The notes under the pieces were generated by a model. It saw only the letters and a program-made list of their open reading frames with translations, was not told where the DNA came from and did no database searches. This document shows, in pieces, positions 26,975-40,010 of a stretch of DNA of 64,000 bases. The stretch comes from Stegostoma tigrinum (lineage: Eukaryota). The stretch covers positions 32,042,645-32,106,644 of the forward strand of contig NC_081364.1 in NCBI RefSeq assembly GCF_030684315.1, read 5' to 3'. Positions within the stretch are counted from its first letter, which is position 1; the number at the start of each line of letters is the position of its first letter. The position numbers and the translations under genes were made by a program.

Positions 26975-27645
26975 AATGCAGGTCCAACAATACTTAAGAA
27001 GCTTGACACTAGCTAGGGCAAAACAGCTTGCTTCATTGGTGCCACATTCACAAACATTCACTTCTTCCACCATTGACGCACAGTAGCAGAAGTGTATACC
27101 ATCAACAAGATGCACTGCAGAAATTCACTGAGACTCCTTAAACAGAGAACTTCAAACACACAACCACAACCATCTAGAAGAACAAAAGCAGCAGATATAC
27201 AAGGACACCACTACTTGCAAGTTCATTCCCAAACAACTCACCATCCTGATTTGCAACTGCAGGCAGCCCACAGGTTGTGAACGGGTTCCATTCGAGTCTG
27301 TACACAAGTCAATATGTACCCAACACAATGCACAGCCATATCACGGAAATGTTCACAAGTACAGGAAATGTTCATGTGTCGGATCTTTAAAGTTACACCA
27401 CTGTATGAGGTCTCATTTGCAAGTATGAGCGTTCTTAAGTCAAACATTCATAAATCAGGGATCCGCCACATGTATATATCTTGCTCAAAATTCTGGTGCT
27501 CCCTCCCGAAAACATCATGTGTTTACCTATACTTAGACTACAGCAATTCAAGGCAGCAGCTCACCACTGCTTTTGGAAGAGCAACTAGGGATAGGCATTA
27601 AATGTTGGTGCAGCCAGTGATGCCTACATTCTTGAATGAATAATA
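26975..27645 (+). mobile_element. L2-like LINE 3' portion interrupted by a DNA-transposon MITE
   Basis: VYTINKMHCRNSLRLL motif and tail gcaactagggataggcattaaatgttggtgcagccagtgatgcctacattcttgaatgaat. Confidence 0.65.
27260..27472. mobile_element. Probable Tigger-like (Tc1/mariner-pogo) non-autonomous element
   Basis: Degenerate TIRs caggcagcccacaggttgtgaac ... attcataaatcagggatccgccacatg followed by TA; it interrupts the LINE. Confidence 0.45.
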
Positions 27646-28107
27646 AATAAAATTAAGACAAACCGATCTTGAATATCCATAGTATTGTAACACACTTTGC
27701 TCACTTGATTTTGAAGCGCAATCTCAGTTTTGATTGCGCTTCAAAAAAATGTAAAAAGCAACAAACAGCTAAATTCTCTGGAGAAAATGTTGACATTAAA
27801 ATACTTTTTAAAAATACCATATTACAAAAGAAAAAATATGCAATGTATAGCTGAATCCCAAAACCCAGAACAATATTTCCAAATACTAGAGGTAATTGAT
27901 CTACTGGCAAGCACCATCTCACTCAGTTTTCCTTTCTGTTGAGGCCAACTGAGTGGGAAATCTGGCAGGGCGTCCAACAAGCAGTCTATTATGTTCTCCT
28001 TTTCAAGTCCCTTCCAGATGAAAGCTCCACTTATAGGTTCAAATGTTGTTCACCTTTTTAAAGAAAAGCTAATGCTTGTAACTTCATCTCAGAAAAAAGA
28101 AAAATCC

Positions 28108-28425
28108 TAGAATCATAGAATCCCTACAGTGTGGAAACAGGCCCTTCAGCCCAACAAGTCCACACCGCCCCTTGGAGCATCCCATCCAGACTCATCCCCC
28201 TATAACCCACACACCCCTGAACACTATGGGCAATTTAGCATGGCCAATCCACCTATCCTGCACATTTTTGGACCATGAGAGGAAACTGGAGCACCTGGAG
28301 GAAACCCACGCAGACACAGGGAGAATGTGCAAACTCCACACAGACAGTCACCAGAGGGTAGGATCAAACCCGGGTCCCTGGTGCTGTGAGGCAGCAGTGC
28401 TAACCACTGAGTCACCATGCCGCCC
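28108..28425 (-). mobile_element. tRNA-derived SINE, HE1-like (elasmobranch)
   Basis: Minus strand starts gggcggcatggtgactcagtggttagcactgctgcctcacagcaccagggacccgggtttgatcc (Pol III A and B boxes) and ends in a CR1-like tail with gattcta repeats. Confidence 0.85.
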
Positions 28426-30384
28426 CAAAATGCTCAGGAATCCAAAAAGAGAAGAAAATTCCCACAGCTGAAAGATGCTTTAGAGGATCTAAAAATGTGG
28501 TATCTAGTATCACAAAAAGAAAATGCTTCCTGCATGTCTAATGGAGAGTTCCTGAATACAGCATAAAATATTGCATAACTTTTCAGATGATGATATCTAT
28601 CATCTAAGCGAAACATATAAATGTTTTTATTTGATTTGTGTACTAACACAGATGGATACTAATAAAGTGACAGCTTTCGTTCTATCCACAGGGTCACTCT
28701 CCATTTTGCAGTCTCAAATTCAGTCCAAGTAGCTATTTTGAAACACCATGTTTTACTGATCAAAAAAATCAATGGAACTTTTGCTAGACATTATGACAGA
28801 CTGTGATAGTTATTTCACTTTGGAGACAGTGCTGAATGACATGGATTCACACAGCTCTCTCTCTCATGACTCAGACTGTACTCCTGATTTAATTCCTCCC
28901 TGAAGCAAGAGAAAATGGTTAAATTGTTAACATATGTCAATAAACACTGATGCACATTGGTTTCACTTCATTCTTTGGAAGCCTTGGGCAACAGAAATAA
29001 CTCCCTGCCATGGCCCACCATGGCAAAGCAGTCCCACGCAGTGATCTTATACCAGGATATGCCTCAACTTTGCATATAATGGAAATCTTGCTGTAATGCC
29101 TCATTTTAAACATCTGAAGTTAAAGATCTGACGTTTCCACTTCAAAAATATAAGTGATCTGAACTCCATGAGTAAACTTGACAAAGAGATGTCATTCTGA
29201 ACCTTCTGAAGACTTCTACTGCCAGTGCCAGACGACTGCTCCAAAGGAAATGATGCTTTTACACATTCACTAATCAAAATCAAGATAATTTTACACAATT
29301 ACTGTGACTTCATTCTTTTCTTGCCCTCTAAGTGAAAGAGTTGTGTTTCAATTGACCTTTTCTATTGTATAGAAGTTAAACAGGATAGGACATTGCTATT
29401 ACATTTTTCAAGAAAAATATCTCTGCAATTTATGGAATCCAAGCACAGCATTGTTAAATTGCTTCTGTGTGTAAAAGGATTCAAGATTATTCTGGTGGAA
29501 TGCAGTTCAAGTCAATTAATAGAATGCAGTGCCAGTGATTTCACAGAACAACTTTAGGAGTTACATTCCACTATGTTGTTTAATGCATTTCATCTTTTAC
29601 AGTATACTTCTTGATTATATTATTTGGCAGTCATTACCACACCACAATGATAAAAATTGGATAGGGCTCAAGCTGCAAAAAAATGATGGTCGGTCATCAA
29701 CTTTCAAGCATGACTTGTTAAGTCAGGATTATGCAAGGCTTCATATTTAATGCCAAAAAACACCAATGTAAGCATCTGTATGTTTTTTCAATGTGTTTGT
29801 ACATTTTTCGCCAACTCATTCAAGGATAATTGAATCAAATAAATGTCAGTTGTGTTCCATGGTCCGAACTCTTCTAGCAATACAGTAAGATTTAGCCATC
29901 AACATTAAACTGTGAATACCAGTGCTCAGCTTGCAGTACATCAACAAAGAACAACAAAGATTGAATAGCAAGTTACAAATTGAGAACGTTCAGCAGTGAA
30001 CTTATTTCTCTGATTTCCAAGTACATTGCTTGTATCCCAAGTCATCAGTACAGTTCTACTGGTTGGAAGTAAATTACTATGATTGAACTTAATCATTATG
30101 AACTACAAGGTTTCACACAGGGTGCAGATAGCAGGGTGCTAAAGATTTCCGCACACATTAAATGTGAAAAATTTCTAATATCTTTCCAAGATTCTTTAAC
30201 ATTACAAAACTTTACAAGTCTTATATCGAAAGACTTAACTACTTCTAGCAACACCAACATGAATCCAGGTGCCACCTTAAAATGTCTTGACTTTACATAG
30301 AAAATACCACTGGGAGCAAGTTTGCCATTTACAAATTTGGTATCATATACCATTCTGTCAACACATCATGGAGTTGGGGGAACA

Positions 30385-30510
30385 CAGAAGGATCTCAACC
30401 TGTAACGTCAAATTTCCTGCTTCTCTGATGCTGCCTGGCCTGTTGTGTTCCTCCAGCTCCACATTGTGTTGACTCTGACTCAAGCAATTGCAGTTCTTGT
30501 CAACTTCTCT
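30385..30510 (+). mobile_element. Old PLE pLTR fragment (diverged subfamily)
   Basis: gaaggatctcaacctgtaacgtcaaatttcctgcttctctgatgctgcctggcctgttgtgttcctccagc is homologous to the young pLTR. Confidence 0.7.
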
Positions 30511-32809
30511 ATCATTCTCTGCTCGCCTTTTTCTGTATCACCATGTTTACAATCTTGGGTCCGACGAAAACACTTGTATCATAAGCAGAAATTGGAATAT
30601 ATCTGAAAAATATGCATGCTACCACAACTTTTCATCTTGCATTCATCAAACAAACACGGTAAAGTCAAGATTTTCCACAGCACAACATCGTGGGCCGAAG
30701 GGCCTGTACTGTGCTGTACTTTTCTATGTTAAGTAATCACTACTTCTATGCCGCAGGAGAAAATGACGTGCTGATTGGTTGGAAATTTTATTCCAGTTTG
30801 CTATCTCTCATATGAACTCACAACCGAGCCAAAGGCTTTGGACCTGATAAGCGCCTTCATTTTCCCAGGAGGACAGAGATACTTTGGAAGCTTCAGAAAC
30901 ATGCCTCTATTTTCAGCAACATTTAAGCAGAAATAACAGGGCATCAAAAGCTTCAAAACAATATAACAGGATGGAGAACTAGTTGAACGAACTTAAATCA
31001 CCTGCTACCAAAATGATAGCTATTCAGTTCATTTGTTAGAAAATGTTGGTCAAGGCTGCCAAACAAAAAATTGAACTACGGGGCTTAAATATTCTTTCGC
31101 TCTATTGCTTTTATAATCTCTCAGTCATGGAAGCAAATATCTTAGTCCCATCTTGACATCCGCTTTCCTTCACATAGGTGCTTTTCTCCAGTGGAGATCA
31201 ATAACTGATATCTTTGCGATCACTGTGATCACAGAAACCTCAGATGCTCAAATTTCAAAAGCTACCATGATGAAAACTGGCCAAATCGACTTACGAACAG
31301 AAGAATTTTTTTAAAAAATCAGTCTTCATGTGAAAAAGGCGGGTTTGACTGGTAACCAATGGAATTCTAATGTGCCATCAATTTTGCATGTTGGACTACA
31401 TTCCTAGAGCAACGTTGTTAATGATTCACCGCCATGACAGTGAATATTGGCATGAAAATCCAACAAGGGACAGTGTATAACATGTGCCTTGAAGAAATGC
31501 AGTGTGCATTTCAGAATTGATCAATTTTTCCACCACGTCCTACGTCCCTGACAATTTTGTATAACTAAAATTGATATTTGCAGTTTCATGAGATCACCAT
31601 TGTCACTTATGTTTCCATCACTACAAGCCCCTTTGATATTTACATCACCACTTAGGGAGAACACAATATTCTTTTCATAGAATCGAAGATTAAAAGGAGA
31701 AGAGAAATGTGGAATACGTCAAAGCATATTCTAATCCAAGATCAGGTTTACTGCATTGTCCAAGAAAAAAAATTATTGCCAAATGAGCACCATTATTTAG
31801 AAATGAATGTATATTATATAATCTACCTTTCCGGTCAACTTATTCACCTCATTGTTGGCTATCCATCAATTTGAGGATGTTGTCTACTCAGGGTCACAGA
31901 TTCCTGTCATGAGTTTTCATAACATCATAAGATCTACGAGTAGTAATAGGCCATTCAAATAGAGTCAGCTCCAGCATTCAATGAGGTCATGGTTAATCTG
32001 ATAATCCTCAAATCTCAATCATCAATGACATTCAATAAACTAGACACACAAATAACTTAAAATAAATTGAACCTTTTTAGGCGTGAATGGACTGATAGGG
32101 ATCATGGTTTTGTTTTGGCAGTTCTATGAGTGACAGATTCAACCACACATTGTAAGACCAGATACTTAACAAGCCACTGATTAGGCAGTAAACCAACCTT
32201 ACATGTTTCAGAGATTGTGCAAGGATGCCCATGAGAAAATGGAATCCAGTATTGCTCTTTTTTTCTTCTCAGTCATTGTTCTTGCCTCATCATTAAGGCA
32301 TTTGGACTCAAAGCATGATGTATCTTAACAAACAAGTTGTCACCATTTTGAACAATTTGTAGCAAGATGGCCAGAGCAGCCACACTTTGGGGAGAACTTT
32401 AAGACTGTCTTCATTATTTTATTTGTCCTCGTCTGGAGCATTAGAGGATGACAGAAACAGGATAATGTGTGGGGGAGACTTTGCAATCAGCAGGACACAA
32501 CACTCGTTTCCACATGAGTTCTTCCTGAAAGATTGTACAACTGTTTTCAAGAATGAGTGGCATTTGATTCTCTCATTATATCCAACAATGCCTTGACTTA
32601 GATATGGTGGTGGAATTGCTCTAGTGCTAGGCATATAGGCCAGGTGTTGCTTCAGTACAAGAGTCTGGTGTCAACAGGTACTTCTACCCTAGGACATTTT
32701 TTGCCAAATACTCAGTGGCTCTATTGGTACAAGGTGGAGACAGCACTGCTGACATAGTGGTGGATCTCCCTGTCAGAGTCCTTGTGCTGGAGGAAGCTGA
32801 CAAATTCAG

Positions 32810-32995
32810 CAGCAGAGAGAGAGGGAGGGAGGGAGGGAGGGAGAAACACGAGACAGAATGAAAAAGGGAGAAAGGGGGAATGGGACAGCGAGAAAGAGAA
32901 AGAGAGTATGTGTGCAAGAGGAAGACAGAAAGTGGGGGGGGGGAAGATGGAGGGCACAAACGAGAAAGAGAGGGGGCAAGGGCAAGAGGGTGAGA
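32810..32995 (+). repeat. Purine-rich (GA/GGGA) low-complexity tract
   Basis: gagagagagggagggagggagggaggg and downstream A/G runs. Confidence 0.7.
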
Positions 32996-33094
32996 CTGGA
33001 AAGCATCTGCTGCCACTTTACATTTCCAGTTAGAGAGACACCACTCTGTGGGTGAAAGGAATATTGTCCATTTGACCTTTTCACTTTGATCAAC

Positions 33095-34815
33095 TGAGGG
33101 TAGTAAAAAGGCAGAAGTGGACACTGGACCACTGAAAAATGAGGAAGGAGAAGTAATATTAGGGAGCAAGTAAATGATGGAGGAACTGATTAGATACTTT
33201 GCATTTGTCTTCATATTTAAATACACCAGTAGCATATTAGATCTTCAGAAGAATCAGAGGCAGAGCTGTGTGTAGTGACCATCACCAAGGAAAAAGTGCT
33301 GTAAAAGCTGCAAAGGTCTGAAGGTAGGTGAACACCCACACTGAATGGGCTACACCCCAGAGGTCTGAAGGAGACTGCTGAGGAGCTTGTAGAGGCATTG
33401 GTGATGTTGCAGGAATCACTGGAGTCAGGGAGGATCCCAAAGGACTGGAAAACAGCTAAGCTAACATTTCTACATGTAAGAGGGAGGGAGGCAGAAGTTG
33501 GGAAATTATACGTCAAATTAGCCTGGCCTCCATCTTTGGTAAGATTTTGGAGTCTATATTAAAGATTAGACTGTAGAGTATTTGGAAGTACATTATAGAA
33601 CATGGCTGAGTCAGCACCGCTTCAACAAGGGGAGGTCACGCCTGACAAATCTGTAAGAATTCTACGGAGGTGGTAACAAGCAAGTTAGAGAAAAGGAAAA
33701 CCAGCTGCAGTGATCTACCTGGATTTTGAGAAGGCCCTTGACAACATGCCACACAGGAGGCTGCAAAATAAGTTAAGAGCCCATGATGTTACGGGAAAGG
33801 TACAGGCATGGATAGAGAATTAGCTGACTGGCAGAAAATAGAAACAGTTGGATAAAGGGTTTTTTTTCAGGATGGCAGCCAGTGAATAGGGGAGCTCAGG
33901 AGGGGTCTGTGTTGCCACCACAACTATTCAAGTAATGCATTAATGATCTGGATGAAAGAACTGAGGGCATTTTTGCTAAGTTTGTAGATAGCACAAAGCT
34001 AGGTGGATGGGCAAGTAATGTTGAGGAATTGGGAAGGCTGCAGAAGGACTTGGATAGGCAAGGAGAGTGAGCAAGGAAGTGGCAGATGGAATATCATATG
34101 GGAAAGTGTGATATTACACACTTTGGTACAAAGAATAGAGGCGTAAGCTATTTTCTAAATGGAGAAAAGCTTTCGAAATCTAGAACCCAAAAGGGAGTCC
34201 TAGGATTCTCTTCAGGTAAACATGCAGCTCCAGTTGGCAGTTAGGAAGACAAATACAGAGTTAGCATTCATTCAAGAGGGCTGGAATAAAAAAAGCAGGA
34301 ATATGCTCTAAAAGATTCTGGTTAGACTGCATTTGGAATGCTGTGCGCAGTTTTAGACCCCATAGTTAAGGTAGAATGCACTAGCATTGGAAGGGTTCCA
34401 GGAGATTTACAACCATCATCTTGAAGTGCTTGTGATATGAGGAATGGTTGAGGAAAATGGGTCTGTACTTGAAGTTTAGAAGAATGGGGGTGGGGCATCT
34501 GATTGGAGCTTACAGAACACTAAGAGGCCTGGATAGAGTGACACGGAGAAAATGTTTCCACTAGTAGGACAGACCAGGACCCAAGGGCAGGGACCACATT
34601 TTAGAACAAAGATGAGGAGGAATTTCTTCAGCCGAGTGGTGGAGTTCTATGAACTCATGGCCTACACAGCGGCAGACACAGAGCATATTTAGGGCAGAAA
34701 TAGGTTCTTGATTAGGAAGGAGATCAAGAGTTGCAAGGAGAAGGCAGAAGACTGGGACTATCTTTGATCGAATGGTGGAGCAGACTCTCGGCGGAATAGC
34801 CTAATTTCTGCTTTT
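33095..34815 (+). mobile_element. CR1 LINE, long degenerate ORF2 RT region and 3' end
   Basis: Remnants of PKDWKTA, QHRFNKGRSRLTNL, YLDFEKALD, FAKFVDSTKLGG and KWQMEY, with stops and frameshifts. Confidence 0.88.
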
Positions 34816-35209
34816 ATATCTCCTGTATCCTTCACATATATCCAAATCCTCAAATATATAAACTCCAGATTCTAAACAAAGTATTCTAAAATGGTAGAAT
34901 TATTGCAAAATGGTTTCTAAACATCAAAAGCACATGCAGTAATTTTCAATGGATTTTCATACCGAACATCCCCCCGGCAAGCAAACTCTTTTTGCACCAA
35001 TAAATCATGCATTTCATTGAGCCATCCATAAATTATCATATGACAAAATATTCAACCCTGAAGCAGATTGTTAGAATACTTTTAGAACATTCCACCATTA
35101 ATTTAACACTAGTTCATTGAAAGGAGAGGAAACAAGCCATCAATTTTTATTTCTGCAACACTTAAAACTTTCACAACTTTTCGTATTTGTAAATCATGTT
35201 TAACTGTCA

Positions 35210-35665
35210 TGTCCTCATAGTCCAAGATCCCAAACACACCTTCCAGGTGAAACAGTGATTTATGTGCAATTCTTTCAAGCCAGTTTACTGTATTCACTAA
35301 TCACAATGTATTTTCCACTGGAATGGTGAGACCCAGCGCAGATTGGAATCTGCTCCGTCTGTCTGTATGTCTTGCTCTCTCCATCTGTGTCTCTAAATAG
35401 TGGATCTATTTTCTAGCATTCCCAATTACCAATAGCAGCTATTTATCATCCCTGATTCTCCTTTAACATTCTGTAGACACTTGCACTGTTCTACTTGCTC
35501 CTCTTTAGCCTCCGTCAACAGCATAGAAATCATTGTTCCTTTCAGTTCCAAAGGAAAGTCATTGGACATAAAACATCAACTTTTATCTCTCTCCACAAAT
35601 ACCTGCCAGGTTTCTACAGCATTTTGTTTTTATTTCAGATCTTCAGCATCTGCAGTTCTTCACTT
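35210..35665 (+). mobile_element. Ancient PLE remnant (GIY-YIG region and old pLTR)
   Basis: ccaagatcccaaacacaccttccaggtgaaacag...gtttactgtattc...ggtgagacccagcgcagattgg resembles PKxTFxxKQ...VYCI...GETxRRL; ends in tcagatcttcagcatctgcagttc. Confidence 0.6.
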
Positions 35666-38600
35666 TTATTTACATTCAATGAAAAACTAGCTTTTGTTTC
35701 TTTGCTTCTTTCTGACTCGACCTTAGATCCATTTTAAACGAGCAAAATATTTTTCTGCTATTAACTAACAGGTAGTATTTCCATTTTGCTTTTTATCCGG
35801 GTGTCGCACATGGTAACACTCAATACTTATATTGTGGTTGAAGATAAAGCACAATCCATAGAGTCGTGGTATACACTGCTCAAATCTGCTAAAATCAAAA
35901 ATCTATACACGCAAGTTAATAATTTTTCCTGCTTGTACACAGTGACTTCAGCAGAGAAGTATGCTTTATGATTCACATTCTGCAAAACAATTCTTGTGAA
36001 AGTCAACAATGTGAAATATCAATCTTTGGTATCACTCCCTACTGTTTCTCCCTGCACAGCTGGCAGGGTCCACCATTTCCTGTTTAATTTCAGATTTGCA
36101 GTATCTGCAGCTGCTTTTTAGGAGCCAGTCATTAAACAGAACTATACAAAATTAAATAACTAAAATTACTGTAGTAATCCTTATGGCTTGATTTTGCATA
36201 AATTCTAAGGGGCCCCAGGTACCTTATCGCATGGCTATCCTGCTCCAAGTGCCCAAAGATCTAATGGTCGAGTATCCACCTGCTTATTGTCATGAAAACT
36301 CATGGCAGAAACCCACAATCCTGGATAGATATCCTCTTCAAACCTAGGGACAGCCAACAATGGGATAGATAGATGAACTGAAATGATACATTTTATAATG
36401 ATGGTGCTAATTTGGTAATAAATAATTTTAGTTTCAAAATACAGCAAATCTCATCTTGGATCAGAATGTCTATATAAACATGCTTTGATGTATTTCACAC
36501 TTTTCTCATTGTAGACCAAGAACAGGCCAAGTGAATAGTCACTATCATTTTAGTTTACATCAAATTCCAACATGTTAATGCCTATTTTTGCTTTGGTTCA
36601 CATTGCAAAGAGAAAATGGTAATGCAATAAAAAATTTACTATTAAAATAATTTATTAATCTTGCCACATAAAACAAAAAATTCAAAAGAGGGCATTATGT
36701 TAATTACATTCCAACAGGACTCAAAACTCAAGCTTTGCTTAAACCCACACATCCTAGTTTAATTTCAATGCATTCTGTCAAATACGACAAATCCTTTTTA
36801 AATATCTATTGTGAAATGTTATGCAATGCTTTGACTGTTCAAAGGAACAAGCATTAGGGCTGCCACAAAATGAAGTGCCTACCTGACTGCTAAAAAGCAA
36901 AGAAATATGTTAACAGCAATTTGTTGTTTAAATTAAGACTTAATTCCCCCAAAAAGGTCAGTAAGGTTCACATCTGAAGTGTCAATTAGTTAGACCAGCT
37001 GTGTTAAAGGCTGAAGTTTGATGGTCTATCTGAAAAATTCATTTGCTCTGTTGTAACAGTACTTCCTAATAGTCTTTCAATATCACAAGACTGGTGCAAC
37101 CATCTGCCACTAATTCACTTAGCTAAGGAAGAAATTCATGATAAATTTCATTCCTTGTACAATGACTAAAAGTGAAGAAGAAAACCTGTTAAATCTGTCC
37201 AGTTTTGAAGTCTGGAAATTATTCAAAGCGATTGGCTGCTTAGCCGGTGGGATGTTAGAGATCCCTCCCATATTTAGCATAGAAACCCATGCTGTAGAGA
37301 TCAAAGAATCTCCAAGAAGACTTATTCAAGGTTAATGATAATTGCAAGTACCATCACTTCATCAGTGACTACAATGCTCTGGTCAAGTGTACACTGAAAG
37401 ATCAGTAGTAAAGCTAGAAATGTCAATTTTAGAAACAAAAAACATTTGTGTTAAAACTGTAAAGTCTAACTTTGTGGAGTACTAGACATCAGTGTTTGGT
37501 GGAGGTGTTGAACCACTGCAATTTGGCATCCATAGGGAGCAGTGGTTAGTTAATTAGATATTGGCCAGAACTCAATATAAGGGCAATGTGGAATAGAAAT
37601 TAAATCATTAAACCCATGAATTCCCCCAATGGCGGTTTTATTTTTGAAAATATGAATAAGTATTTCAAATACACCAGAGTAAATGTAGCAATGAATCAGA
37701 AGTGACTTGCCTAATGGTCAAATTACAAACCCATTACACTGCGATGGCACACAGGCAAAAAAATATTTTGAGTGGGTATTTAATAAGTGAATCAAGCAGA
37801 AACTCAGCTAGTCCAATTTAAAAAAAAAGTTGAATCTATGTCAATTTCTTATTTTCTTAATTTTGATGGAGCCCCTTCCTATTAACATTACACAAGCAAT
37901 GCAAAAACCAGAGGACTGTAGACTTCACAAACAAACAAACAAACTATAATACCTGAGTTTGACTGTACAAAGTCTGAATCTTCTAACATGGGTTGTTATT
38001 CCCATTTTGTCCATTTATCTTTTGCACAGCCTTCCAATGCAGGAACAAGTCCAGCAAGCTACACAGGCAGCATCCTTGTTTTTATACCTGCTGCATTCTG
38101 TATTTAAAGGTCGTAAAGCATTTTTGATAGCTACTGAGGAAAAAGTAAATCTGTAAGTTCAAGGAAAGGGAATAACAGAGTGAGTAGGTGTGGGGTGAAG
38201 TGTCAAGTGTGTCTTGAAAGGTGCTAGGTGTGTAGTAGAGTGTCACATCTGTGAGGGGTTTACAGGTCATATATAAGTGGGTAAGAGTATATCGCAGGTC
38301 AGTTGGGTGTCCATGGCCAGGAAGGGTGGGGGCCAAGGGAGTGCGATGTGTGTGCACGCGCCTATGAATATGGGGAGTCAGGTGTCCAAGGTCAGGGGGC
38401 GGAGAGGGGAGGCTCATTCAGGACCATTAATTTGGAGAAGTATGCAAGCAATTAGGATTCCACGTGTGGGTTGAGGGTTGGGATAGCAGTCATATAGTTG
38501 AAGGAGTTTTCATTTTCTAACTTTTCCAGGCTAACTCTGAAGATCAATAAGTCAGAATCCTGTGCAGTCTCCAGCTCTACCTCAAAGCTGGGAGATTTTC

Positions 38601-40010
38601 TTTTCCCCAGAGGGTTGCAACCACCAGGTAATTGCTCAGTGGAAATTTAAAACCTTGCCAAAAGTGTAAAGGGAGATCACTTATGTTACATTTACTGTGC
38701 ATGCAGCATTCAGGATGTAGATCACTGTAGATCTGCAGAAGTACTCAGGGGAGCATAATGGGACTGCTTGTGAAGCTGTGACTGGATTATGTACCAACAC
38801 AGAACAATTAAATCTTCAAATATTAATAATAGCCCAAAATGGTGTGCTGCTGCCCTAAGGTTTGGGCATTGGGTGGGTAAAGTCTTACAGAAGGCAAGGG
38901 TGCAGAAACAGAGCTTCACAATGGAGCCAACAATATGGACGCATTTGGGACAAAGTCCAACCAAAGGAATTTAGTTGAAATACAAAGGATATGATCACAG
39001 GTTAGCCATCTTTGAATTATTTTATGTTGTACATTGGGCTTATAACAAATTAAGAAAGCAGGTGAATGCGTGAGTTAACACATTCGTTCATGGACAACTG
39101 AAAACACTGTTGGGGAGAAAAAAGTCCTCTAAAGAGATCATTTTGACCTAAACCAAATACGTACATACAAAAAGCTTGGTTCAATTAGAATATAACAAAA
39201 CATTTGGGAAGGATAAGCTATGAAATACAGGGGAGGAGTAGGAATGAGACCAATTATGAGGAAGAATCATGTGGGTGGGGGTACAAGGAACGAACTATAT
39301 CATACATACTTTCAAGCCAGCTGCAAAAGTGGAGGAAACAAAAAAGGATGAGTTAGAAGTGATTTGAAATTGAGATCTAGTAGACAACTTTCTTGGAGTT
39401 ACTGAAACTTTATGCATAGGACTGTATACACATCAGAAAGGATTAAAGAAATACAAGGATGGAGTGCCAACTAAGAGGAACAGTTTAGGCATTAGCACAG
39501 AACGTTGTACAGATATATTAGCAACATTTAGAAAAAAATTATAAAAGTATATTTCAGGTCACTCCAAAATAATGTGGGGATGTAGGGCATGTGCCAATCT
39601 GCTACAGCCTTGATTGCAACCGAAGGGAATTTCAATCTTTCCAAAATAGACTGGGACTTGCATTGAGGGCAATCTCGTGTGAAAATGGTCACTAAGTAAT
39701 TCTGAAACTGTTCATATAAAGGGAGGGAATAGTGGAAAGTTTTAGGAAGCTGGCAGTAAACAAGGCGAGGCAATATTCAGTCAATATGCTGGCATAGGCA
39801 GCTAATAGTATTGTAAGTTATGTCATAATAGCATTTGCAAAGCTCATAAGAATCAGAGACAATGTTCTATTTGATTAGGCATTACTAATTATGACATGTC
39901 TTTAAAAAACTACACGTTAAGGCTTAAATTTACGAATCTGCAAACGGGGAAACTTCAAGACTTTGAGTATCGCAGATCTGGAGGATAAGAACAAAACACA
40001 GATATTACCT

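Noticed and set aside
30764-30782. CRE-like TGACGT next to a CCAAT box (attgg)
   Set aside because: Short motifs expected by chance; no CpG island or gene start nearby
38030-38152. Possible plus-strand exon (ttttgcacag ... gtaagt)
   Set aside because: Splice-like signals are present, but there is no recognisable protein and no supporting exons
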